Of a DNA stretch of 64,000 nt, positions 9,622 through 17,609 are shown one piece after another. The position numbers and the translations under genes are program-made. This DNA is from Candidatus Dormibacteria bacterium. GTDB lineage: Bacteria > Chloroflexota > Dormibacteria > Aeolococcales > Aeolococcaceae. Location: positions 1,430 through 65,429 of the forward strand of contig JBOHUE010000157.1 of NCBI GenBank assembly GCA_050734185.1. Reading direction: 5' to 3'. The first letter of the stretch is position 1. Every line of letters starts with the position of its first letter. Below the pieces are notes generated by a model. The model ran no database searches. It saw nothing but the letters and a program-made list of their open reading frames with translations, and was not told the origin of the DNA.

Positions 9622-10911
9622 TCAGGCCGGCTGTGCGCTGCCGATGACCGCGTCGTCGGCCCGCGGCGCCTGGGTCGCGAACACCTCCCAGTCGAGACCC
9701 AAATCGTACTGGCCGGGCCGTCCCAGGTCATCGTTGACGCGGAACTCGAAGGATTGGTCCAGCCAGTCGTAAACGGTGGAGCCGGACTCGTTGTGCAGTC
9801 CGATGGTGGCGCGGTAGGTCCCCGTGAGGAACCGCAGTGCGTCGAGCTTGAACCGGAACACCGCGCCCTGGCCCGCCCGCAGCTGCGGCACCACGACGTT
9901 CGCCAGCTTCGTGTTGATGCCGCCGATGATCGAACCGTCGGCGCGATGCAGGCCGATGCCGACAATGGTGTCAGACACGTCGCGGTTGGCCTCGGCGGTG
10001 ATCTGGATCGTCATCGGCTCACCGGTGGTGAAGCTGACGTGCGGTTCGCCGTCGGCGCCGAGAAACCGCACGCTCTGCACGCGAATATCGCCGCTGCCCC
10101 AACGGCTGTCGCTGGGGCGGACATCGCTCAGGTCGACCAGGCTGCCACCGGACTCACGCCGCTCGTCGTCCTGCAGCTGGCCGATCAGCCGGTGATACCG
10201 AGCGGTCACGTCGGCGGCGTGCCCGTCCTCGACCACCTTGCCGTGCTCGAGCATGATCGCGCGGTCAGCGTAGAGCTCGACCGAGCTGAGGTCATGCGTC
10301 ACCAGGACGATGGTGCGTCCCTGGCGGCGGTAGTCGTTGAAGACGTCAAGGCATTTCGCCTGAAACCGCGCATCACCGACGGCGAGCACCTCGTCCATCA
10401 GAAGAATGGCCGCGTTCGCCTGGATGGCGACAGTGAACGCGAGGCGTACATGCATGCCCGATGAGAAGTTCTTCAGCTTCGTGTCGGCGAACTGATCGAG
10501 CTCGGCGAAGTGCAGCATCTCCTCCATGCGAGCCGAGAGGTCGCGTCGCGCGAGGCCGAGGATCGCGCCGTTGAGGAGCACGTTCTCGCGCGCCGTGAGC
10601 TCGGGATTGAAGCCCACGCCGAGCTCGAGAAAGGGCGACAGCTTGCCGTTGATTACCACTTTTCCGGTGGTCGGACGGTAGATGCGTGCCAGCATCTTCA
10701 GCAGCGTCGACTTGCCGGAGCCGTTGCGCCCGATGATGCCCATGAACTCGCCCTCGTGCACGTCGAAGCTCACGTCGTCGACCGCCAGAAGCGGGCGATA
10801 TCGCGAGGTGCTGCGCATGTGCACCACGCGGTGCTTGAGGGTGGCGCTCTTGTCGAGCGGTATGCGAAACCGCTTGGTCACGTGGCTGGCGGAGAGGGCG
10901 AGGTCGCTCAC
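9622..10911 (-). CDS. wzt: ABC transporter ATP-binding protein Wzt with C-terminal Wzt_C-like carbohydrate (chain-terminus) binding domain
   Basis: GTG start at 10911 overlaps the permease stop (GTGA). Walker A GIIGRNGSGKSTLL, signature FSSGMHVRLAF, Walker B ILLMDEVLAVGD. About 170-aa C-terminal beta-rich extension typical of Wzt/TagH. The upstream part of track ORF 9622..11865 is an out-of-frame artefact over the permease gene. Confidence 0.85.
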   Translation of the reverse strand: MSDLALSASHVTKRFRIPLDKSATLKHRVVHMRSTSRYRPLLAVDDVSFDVHEGEFMGIIGRNGSGKSTLLKMLARIYRPTTGKVVINGKLSPFLELGVGFNPELTARENVLLNGAILGLARRDLSARMEEMLHFAELDQFADTKLKNFSSGMHVRLAFTVAIQANAAILLMDEVLAVGDARFQAKCLDVFNDYRRQGRTIVLVTHDLSSVELYADRAIMLEHGKVVEDGHAADVTARYHRLIGQLQDDERRESGGSLVDLSDVRPSDSRWGSGDIRVQSVRFLGADGEPHVSFTTGEPMTIQITAEANRDVSDTIVGIGLHRADGSIIGGINTKLANVVVPQLRAGQGAVFRFKLDALRFLTGTYRATIGLHNESGSTVYDWLDQSFEFRVNDDLGRPGQYDLGLDWEVFATQAPRADDAVIGSAQPA

Positions 10912-11738
10912 AGGCTTTCGGCGAACGTCGGTGATAGCCAGCGGAACGTGAAGAGGCCCAGGACCAATAGCCCGATCGACAATGCAACCGGCACGGCGGC
11001 GAGAGCGTGGACCGACGCGATGCTGGACGCTGCGTCGGGCACGACGATGACGTGGCGCACGTCCTCGATGATCTGTGCGACCGGGTTGATGAAGAACAGG
11101 CCGTGGAAGCGCACCGGGACCAGCGTGATGGGGTACACGATCCCCGACGCGTAGAAGATGACCTGCGTGAGGATCTCCCAGATGTGTCCCAGATCGCGAT
11201 AGAACACGAACAGCGAAGCGAGCAAGAGCGAGAGTCCGAGCGAGAGCACGTAGAGCTCGAGCACGAGCGGAATCGCAAACAGTGAGCGAAGCCCGAGCTG
11301 GAGATGCCCCAACGGTGCAGCCACGACGACGATGAGCGTGAGGTTGATGACGAACGTCATCGCGGCGGTCATCGACGAGGCCACCACCAGTACCCAGCGC
11401 GGGAAAAACGCCTTCTGGATGAGACCGGGGTTGCCGGCGATCGAGCTCATCGCGGTGCCCGTGCACTCGGTGAAGAACGTGAAGATGACGATGCCGACCA
11501 GAAGTTGCACGGCAAACTCGTGCGCACGCTGTTTGAACAGCACCACGAAGATTGCGTACATGATGCTGAACAGCATCGCCGGCTTCAGCAGCGACCAGAG
11601 ATAGCCCAGCACGGACCCCGTGTACTTGAGCTTGAACTGCGTCCAGGCGAGCTCTCGAATCAGCGCGGCGTTGCGGGCGAAATCCGAGAAGCGGTCCGCC
11701 ACCGGTGGGCGCGCGCCCACTCGTGCGAGCACACTCAT
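10908..11738 (-). CDS. wzm: ABC-2 type polysaccharide exporter permease Wzm
   Basis: 276 aa with 6 TM helices; ABC-2 signature region FKLKYTGSVLGYLWSLLKP; translationally coupled to wzt. Confidence 0.85.
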   Translation of the reverse strand: MSVLARVGARPPVADRFSDFARNAALIRELAWTQFKLKYTGSVLGYLWSLLKPAMLFSIMYAIFVVLFKQRAHEFAVQLLVGIVIFTFFTECTGTAMSSIAGNPGLIQKAFFPRWVLVVASSMTAAMTFVINLTLIVVVAAPLGHLQLGLRSLFAIPLVLELYVLSLGLSLLLASLFVFYRDLGHIWEILTQVIFYASGIVYPITLVPVRFHGLFFINPVAQIIEDVRHVIVVPDAASSIASVHALAAVPVALSIGLLVLGLFTFRWLSPTFAESL

Positions 11739-11762
11739 GGCGGGCCAAGTGTACCAGGCAGG

Positions 11763-12974
11763 CTATTCGGGAGCAGCCGGCGCATGAGCGATCACCGCGT
11801 AGTCCTGCGGACCGAACAACACGTCGTTGAGCCGCGACAGCGCGACATTGATGTTCGTCGCCCACTCGGGAACGTCGCCGTCCGGCAGCAGCGGCAGATG
11901 GTATGCGGACGCCGGCGCGAAGTACCGAATCTCGACGTCGCGAAAGCCGGCTCGCTCGCAGAGAAAGATCAACAGCAGCGGGTGCAGCGGGCGCACGTGC
12001 GTGGGGTCGAGCACATACGAGTTGCCGAGCACGATGAGCGACGAAGGATTCGGTGTCTCGGCGATGAAGACGCCGCCGGGCTTGAGCCGCGAGACGGCGA
12101 GCTCGAGCAGCTCGAGCAGCTGCTCGAGCTGGAGATGCTCCACCACCTGCATGGAGACGACTGCACCGTACGTGTTCGGCGGAGCCATGCGCAGAGTGTC
12201 CACCGCGTCTGCCAGGCGAACGTTGCGGCCGAGCGCTGTCGCTTCGGCAACTGCGTCCGCACTCAGGTCGACACCTTCGGCGTCGATTCCTTCCGCCGCG
12301 AGCAGAGCCACGAGCTCACCCCGGCCGCATCCGACATCAATGACCGGGGCGTGATTGCGCAACACGCTGAGATAGCGTTCGCGCTGCGCGCCGGTGATCG
12401 TGTCCGAGTCGCCGCGGAACCGCCGCTCGAAGCCGGCGTAATCGAACCCGCTCGATCCCGCAGGCATCGGGGCAGCCGCCGCCGCGGCCGGAGCCGTCGC
12501 ACTCGGAGGCTCCGGCGTGGATTGCATGATCCGCCGCGTCCGCCGGTCGATGTCGTTGATGCGCTGGCGCAGCTCGCCCATGCGCACGCTCGCCCCCGAG
12601 AGCCCAGCGGTGGGCGCTATCGCGTCGCCGAGGTCGTTGAGAACGGCGAGCAGCGACCGCATCTCGGCCTTGTGCAGCTCCTGGTTGATCGTCAGCTCGC
12701 GCACCTGTCGCTCCGAGTCGCGCAGCGAGGCCCCGAGCTCCTGCTCGGCACTCGCCACCGCGGTGTGCGCTGCTGCCTCAGCTGCGCCGTCGACGTACCA
12801 CGCGATGCCGCGCCGGATTACACGCTTCAGCTGCGTCTTGGCAGCACCCAGTGGGGGCAGCGGCCGGCGCGCCGGGACCACATCGGGCGCGGCGTCGGTG
12901 GGACGGGTGACCGCCATGCGTTGCCGCAGGCGTTCGAACGCCTCGGGGTCGAGATACGCGGGCCGTCTTCGCAT
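11763..12974 (-). CDS. class I SAM-dependent methyltransferase with N-terminal coiled-coil (candidate WbdD-like chain terminator)
   Basis: N-terminal approximately 130 aa heptad/coiled-coil-like; C-terminal MTase motif I VIDVGCGRGELV and post-I VVSMQVVEHL; immediately upstream of wzm-wzt. Confidence 0.7.
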   Translation of the reverse strand: MRRRPAYLDPEAFERLRQRMAVTRPTDAAPDVVPARRPLPPLGAAKTQLKRVIRRGIAWYVDGAAEAAAHTAVASAEQELGASLRDSERQVRELTINQELHKAEMRSLLAVLNDLGDAIAPTAGLSGASVRMGELRQRINDIDRRTRRIMQSTPEPPSATAPAAAAAAPMPAGSSGFDYAGFERRFRGDSDTITGAQRERYLSVLRNHAPVIDVGCGRGELVALLAAEGIDAEGVDLSADAVAEATALGRNVRLADAVDTLRMAPPNTYGAVVSMQVVEHLQLEQLLELLELAVSRLKPGGVFIAETPNPSSLIVLGNSYVLDPTHVRPLHPLLLIFLCERAGFRDVEIRYFAPASAYHLPLLPDGDVPEWATNINVALSRLNDVLFGPQDYAVIAHAPAAPE

Positions 12975-13838
12975 TCAGGACGCGACCACAAACGGTTTGA
13001 GCGCGAGGCGAGCACGTCGACGGACCATCGCCGATTCCGGGGTGTTCAATGCGTCGAGCGCTGACTCGACGCGCATCAGCGAAAGCAATTCGGGCGAGCC
13101 GAGCAGGCCGAGCGCGGTCGCGACCCGGGCGCCGACGTTGCGGCGACCGCGACTCGACTCGATCAACCGCCGCCCCGAGCGGCTGAGCGCGGCGGCCCGA
13201 GGCATATCGCCCGCGACGTGCAGCGCGAGGTCGGCGAGCTGGTCGTCGAACCCGACCTCGACGTCGACACCCGGGCGCGCCCCGATGCGCTCGGCCGAGA
13301 GGCTGTCGGTGACGGTCGGCGCGGCCCACGCCAGCGCCTGCGTGAGCCCCTCGCCGATCGCAATGCATGCAGAACAGACGGTCAGCGCCGGCGCCAGCCC
13401 GCCGGCGGGGATGCTGTCCGTGCGCAGATCGACGACCATGCGCTCGGGCAGGCCCTCGCGGCGGCGGATTCGCGCCCGGACAAACGGGGCCACCGGAGGG
13501 ATCGCGTCGACATCGATGCCGCCGTCCGGGGGGATCAGGACGGCGCTGCGGTCGCGGGCAAGGTCGGCGTCGCCCGTGAGGAGCAGCGTCGCGGGCACCC
13601 CCACGGCACTGTCGGGATCCTCGTCGTCGATCCACATGGCAACGGGCTTGCCCGAACTCAGCGCCGCCGCCAGGCCGAGCGCGCGTGGTGAGGAGGCGAT
13701 GTAGGCAGCCGGGACACTCTCAGGCTCGACGAACAGCGGTGTCGCCCAGCGGCCGAGCTCGCGCAGCAGCCAGGCGAAATTCGGAGGGGGATCGGGCGCC
13801 GCGAGCACGCCGAGCAGCGGCAGCTGCGGGGAGCTCAT
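12975..13838 (-). CDS. hypothetical protein (possible degenerate GT-B C-domain)
   Basis: Strong GC3 bias in this frame; ATGA overlap with the upstream GT4 gene and abuts the methyltransferase start. No confident domain recognised; alternate-frame ORFs 12517..13704(+) and 12778..13635(-) judged artefacts. Confidence 0.45.
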   Translation of the reverse strand: MSSPQLPLLGVLAAPDPPPNFAWLLRELGRWATPLFVEPESVPAAYIASSPRALGLAAALSSGKPVAMWIDDEDPDSAVGVPATLLLTGDADLARDRSAVLIPPDGGIDVDAIPPVAPFVRARIRRREGLPERMVVDLRTDSIPAGGLAPALTVCSACIAIGEGLTQALAWAAPTVTDSLSAERIGARPGVDVEVGFDDQLADLALHVAGDMPRAAALSRSGRRLIESSRGRRNVGARVATALGLLGSPELLSLMRVESALDALNTPESAMVRRRARLALKPFVVAS

Positions 13839-14875
13839 CCGGCCAGCCGGCCCGCTGCCCGCGAAGCTCCCAGGAGCGCGTCGACGACGTCGTCCCAGTT
13901 GAGTCCGTTGGCGCGCCGCCGTCCCGCCTCGCCCAGGCGGCGCGCCAGATCGCGATCCGCGTCCAGACGCGCGATCGCCTCGGCAACGTGGTCAGGGCTC
14001 CCGTCGGTCACCAGGCCGGTCACGCCGTCCTCGACCCACTCGAGGACACCGCCGGAGTCGCGAGCGGTGATCACCGGCTTGCCGGAGAGGAACGCCTGCA
14101 GCGTCACGTAGCCGTAGTCCTCCTCGTGAGGCAGGTAGACGACGGCGAGCGCGCCGGCAAATCGAGCGATGAGATCCTCGTCGTCGAGAAAGCCGGTGAT
14201 CTCCAGCCGGGGTCCAAGCCGCAGGCGCTCGGCGGCGGCGCGGATCGCGGGTTCCAGCGACCCGGGACCGGTGAGCACGCCGCGGACGCCCGAGGGACAC
14301 CGCGCCAGCGCCTCGACCAGCAGCTGCGGGCGCTTGTTGCGCTCGAGGCGCATCGGGGCGAACACGTAGTCGCCAAAGGGCCCGGAGTGCAGTCGATCGG
14401 ACAGGGGTGGCGGATGGTACAGGGGTGTCGAGCCGAGCCCGTTGAAACGCAGCAGCCGCTCGCTGACGACGTGCGAGGTGGTGAACACGCGCTCCGCCTC
14501 CTCGAGGGCTCGCGTGTCCCAGTCCGTCATCACCTGCTGCGCCTCGAGCGAGTCGTCGTCGGTGCCGATGTCCGACCACGACGAATCGGCCGCGTCATAG
14601 AGCGCCCGATGTTGGTGAAAGAGCCACACAACCTTGTCGGGATGCGTCGCGAAGTACGAGGGAAAGTTCGTGCAGATGACGAGGTCGGCGTCAAGTGGGA
14701 GCAGACGCCACGCAAGCGCAGCGTCAAAGATCCGCACTCTGTCCCACGCGACCGGCAGTCTGACAAGCTCCGCCTCATGCCGGGCCCTGCCGAGCGCGGT
14801 CACGAGGTTCTCCATGTGCATCTCGGCGCCACCGCGCATGAACGGCTTTTGCGCCCCGCAAACGAGAATCCGCAT
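13835..14875 (-). CDS. GT4-family glycosyltransferase
   Basis: Real start taken at the internal ATG (MRILVCG, nt 14875; alternative ATG at 14902). The 407-aa track ORF start at 15058 would overlap the divergent gene. GT-B C-domain with FLSGKPVITARDSGGVLEWVEDGVTGL. Confidence 0.75.
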   Translation of the reverse strand: MRILVCGAQKPFMRGGAEMHMENLVTALGRARHEAELVRLPVAWDRVRIFDAALAWRLLPLDADLVICTNFPSYFATHPDKVVWLFHQHRALYDAADSSWSDIGTDDDSLEAQQVMTDWDTRALEEAERVFTTSHVVSERLLRFNGLGSTPLYHPPPLSDRLHSGPFGDYVFAPMRLERNKRPQLLVEALARCPSGVRGVLTGPGSLEPAIRAAAERLRLGPRLEITGFLDDEDLIARFAGALAVVYLPHEEDYGYVTLQAFLSGKPVITARDSGGVLEWVEDGVTGLVTDGSPDHVAEAIARLDADRDLARRLGEAGRRRANGLNWDDVVDALLGASRAAGRLAG

Positions 14876-14922
14876 CCTGCTCTCTGTACTCGCGGGCATC
14901 ATAGAGACTTTCCGCGTCAGCG

Positions 14923-16188
14923 GTGCACAATCCAGAGGAACCAGTGGTGAACGAATCTCGCCCCTACGGCCGCATCGGCTTCGTGGCCCCGCGGTTCGGC
15001 GAACGCGTCGTGGGCGGCGCCGAAGCCGTGCTGCGCGAGGTGGCGCAGGGCTTTGCACGCCGGGGCTGGGATGTCGAGGTCCTCACCACCTGCGCGCGAG
15101 ACCACTTCACGTGGGCAAACGAATACGCGCCGGGGACGGAGCGAGTCGGAGATCTCACGGTGCGGCGATTTCCCGCGGTGGTGTCAACCGCTCGCAGGGA
15201 CCGCGCGCGCATCGAAGCGGCCATCCTCGCTGGCGACACGGTGAGCGTCGAGGACCAGCAGTGCTGGGTGAACGACGACCTGCGAGTCCCCGAGCTGTTC
15301 CATCATCTCGTCGACCACGCTCAGGACTATCGCGCGCTCGTGTTCGCTCCGTACATGTTCTGGACGACGTTCGCGGGCGCGCAGGTGGCTCCCGAACGCA
15401 GCATCTTGATGCCCTGTCTGCACGATGAGGCCTATGCCCGGCTCGACATCTTCCAGCCGGTGTTCTCCGGATGCGCAGGCGCGTGGTTTCTCTCCGACCC
15501 CGAGCATGCGCTCGCGCATCGTCTGTTCACCGTCCCCGGCCGCCATGAGGTCGTGGGCTCGGGCGTGCGCGTGCCTGCGACCTATCAGCCGGAACGCTTT
15601 CGCGAGCGACACGGCATCCGCGACCGCTTCGTGCTGTTCGCAGGGCGCCGCGAGGGTGGTAAGGGCTGGGAGCTGATGCTCGACGCATTCGCCCGCGCCG
15701 TGCAACGGCATTCGCTTCCCTTCTCGCTGGTGACGATGGGCACCGGCATCGTGCATCCACCGGAGTCGATCCGCGACCGGGTGATCGATCTGGGATTCCT
15801 CGACGACGAGGACCGCGACGACGCCTTCGCGGCGGCCGATGCATACATTCAGCCCTCACCGCATGAGAGCTTCTCGCGAACCATCATGGAGGCCTGGCTG
15901 GCGGGAACGCTGGTCATCGCCAACGGCGCCAGTGAGGTTGTTCGCTGGCACTGTGATCGGTCCGGAGCGGGGCTGACGTACGACGACGACGTTGAGCTCG
16001 GTCAGTGTCTCGCGTTCGCCGCAGAGTCACCGCAGAGCGCAGCGGCACTGGCCGGCCGCGGACGCGCATACGTCCTGGCGCATTACGCGCCCGACGCGGT
16101 GTTGCAGCGGCAGGAGGACACAATCCTCAGCTGGTTTCCCGCGACCGGCTCGGTGCCGGCCCAACGGCCCGATGAGGCGATTGCGTGA
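14923..16188 (+). CDS. GT4-family glycosyltransferase
   Basis: EX7E motif region ESFSRTIMEAWLAG; N-terminal RIGFVAP. The start may instead be the GTG at about 14948 (GAGGAA SD upstream), which would leave a roughly 70-bp divergent promoter region. Confidence 0.75.
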   Translation: MHNPEEPVVNESRPYGRIGFVAPRFGERVVGGAEAVLREVAQGFARRGWDVEVLTTCARDHFTWANEYAPGTERVGDLTVRRFPAVVSTARRDRARIEAAILAGDTVSVEDQQCWVNDDLRVPELFHHLVDHAQDYRALVFAPYMFWTTFAGAQVAPERSILMPCLHDEAYARLDIFQPVFSGCAGAWFLSDPEHALAHRLFTVPGRHEVVGSGVRVPATYQPERFRERHGIRDRFVLFAGRREGGKGWELMLDAFARAVQRHSLPFSLVTMGTGIVHPPESIRDRVIDLGFLDDEDRDDAFAAADAYIQPSPHESFSRTIMEAWLAGTLVIANGASEVVRWHCDRSGAGLTYDDDVELGQCLAFAAESPQSAAALAGRGRAYVLAHYAPDAVLQRQEDTILSWFPATGSVPAQRPDEAIA

Positions 16189-17609
16189 CCCGCATCCTGG
16201 TCATCGCGCCATATCCGCCGGTGCGTGACGGCATTGCCGCGTACACGGTGCAGTCGGTGGCCCGCCTGCGTCACGCGGGCAATCACGTTGAGGTGCTGTC
16301 TCCGTACCCGTCCGCGGCACACCACCACCTGCCGCTCAACACCATCAACGGAGTGCTGCGGCTGATCCCGTACGTTCGCCGTTTCGACACGGTCCTCGTG
16401 CAGTACCACCCGGACATCTTCTTCCCGCGCTCGAGCAGCGCAGCGGAACGCGAGCGCATCGCCGCGGCCCTCACGCTCGTGTGGCGCAGCGCAGCGCACG
16501 TCGAGATTCGAGTCCACGAAGCTGATTACGCGCGGGCGCATCGCGGGCCGGCGTGGCTGGCGACGCGCGCGATGTGGCGCGCCGCGTCCCGGATAACGGT
16601 GCACACCGGCACCGAGCGGACACTGTTCCATCGAGCGTACGGCCTCCCGCTCGCACGCATCGAGGTGGAGCGTCACGGCAGCGACTTCGCCGTGCGCAGT
16701 GGCGACAGCCGTGATGACGCGCGTGCTCGGCTCGCGCTGCCGCGCGACCAGCTCATGTTTCTGTCGATCGGTTTCATCCAGCCGCACAAGGGCTTCGACC
16801 GGGCGATCCGGGCGTTCATCGCGAGTGGCGCCGCCGGATCGAGGGGGGCACGACTCGATGTCGTCGGTTCCGTGCGCGTCGAGGAACCGGCGTATGTCGC
16901 TCACCTGGAGGAGCTGCAGCGGCTCGCCGACGCGACCAGCGACGTGCATCTGCACGTGGGCTTCATCGGCGATGAGGAGTTCGATACCTGGATCGTCGCC
17001 GCGGACGTCATCGTGCTGCCGTATCGCCACATCTGGTCATCGAGCGTGATGGAGCGCGCCGCACTGTACGGCCGGCCCGTCCTCGCCGCAAGGGTTGGCG
17101 GCCTCGCCGACCAAGCGCGGCCGAACACCACCCTGTTCGACGACGACGCCGAGCTGGCAGCCGCCATGCGGCACATCGTTGCGGAGCGCGGCGTCGCCCT
17201 CGACACGAGTCCGGCGCCGCGCATCCCCTGGCCGGACCCCGAAACGGCCACGCGCGCCATCGTCGAAGACGAGGTGCGGAGCCGCGCGGCCGCCGAGCGC
17301 CGCGCTCTGTTCCCGAGTGACCGAAACGGCGCTGCGCCGCCCACCTCCACAAACGGCACGGCCCTCACCGGCGTGAGCGCACGGCTGCGCCGGCTCCCGC
17401 CACTGCAGCTGCCCGCCCCCGAGTCACCCCGGCCCGGCGCGACTCCGCTCAAGCGGTTGATCCAGCGTCTCACGCGCTGGCAGCTGGAGCCGATCGTGCA
17501 TCAGGTCAACGAGCTGCAGCGGGTCGTCGCCAGCACACTGGAGGACCGCCCGCTCGGGGAATCGGATCAGGCGCCCGACAGCCCGCGGACGCTGGTGTCG
17601 CCCCCGTAG
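16185..17609 (+). CDS. GT4-family glycosyltransferase with about 120-aa low-complexity C-terminal extension
   Basis: GTG start overlapping the upstream TGA; ILVIAPYPP N-terminus; C-domain motif VLPYRHIWSSSVMERAALYGRPVL. Confidence 0.75.
   Translation: MTRILVIAPYPPVRDGIAAYTVQSVARLRHAGNHVEVLSPYPSAAHHHLPLNTINGVLRLIPYVRRFDTVLVQYHPDIFFPRSSSAAERERIAAALTLVWRSAAHVEIRVHEADYARAHRGPAWLATRAMWRAASRITVHTGTERTLFHRAYGLPLARIEVERHGSDFAVRSGDSRDDARARLALPRDQLMFLSIGFIQPHKGFDRAIRAFIASGAAGSRGARLDVVGSVRVEEPAYVAHLEELQRLADATSDVHLHVGFIGDEEFDTWIVAADVIVLPYRHIWSSSVMERAALYGRPVLAARVGGLADQARPNTTLFDDDAELAAAMRHIVAERGVALDTSPAPRIPWPDPETATRAIVEDEVRSRAAAERRALFPSDRNGAAPPTSTNGTALTGVSARLRRLPPLQLPAPESPRPGATPLKRLIQRLTRWQLEPIVHQVNELQRVVASTLEDRPLGESDQAPDSPRTLVSPP

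Noticed and set aside
9622-11865. 747-aa minus-strand ORF
   Set aside because: Only the last 429 codons (from the GTG at 10911) are the Wzt ATPase; the upstream part is out of frame over the Wzm permease gene (10908..11738) and has no protein-like features.
12517-13704. 395-aa plus ORF and 285-aa minus ORF overlapping 12975..13838
   Set aside because: Ser/Arg/Ala-rich; the chosen minus frame has near-complete GC3 and operon-consistent ATGA coupling.
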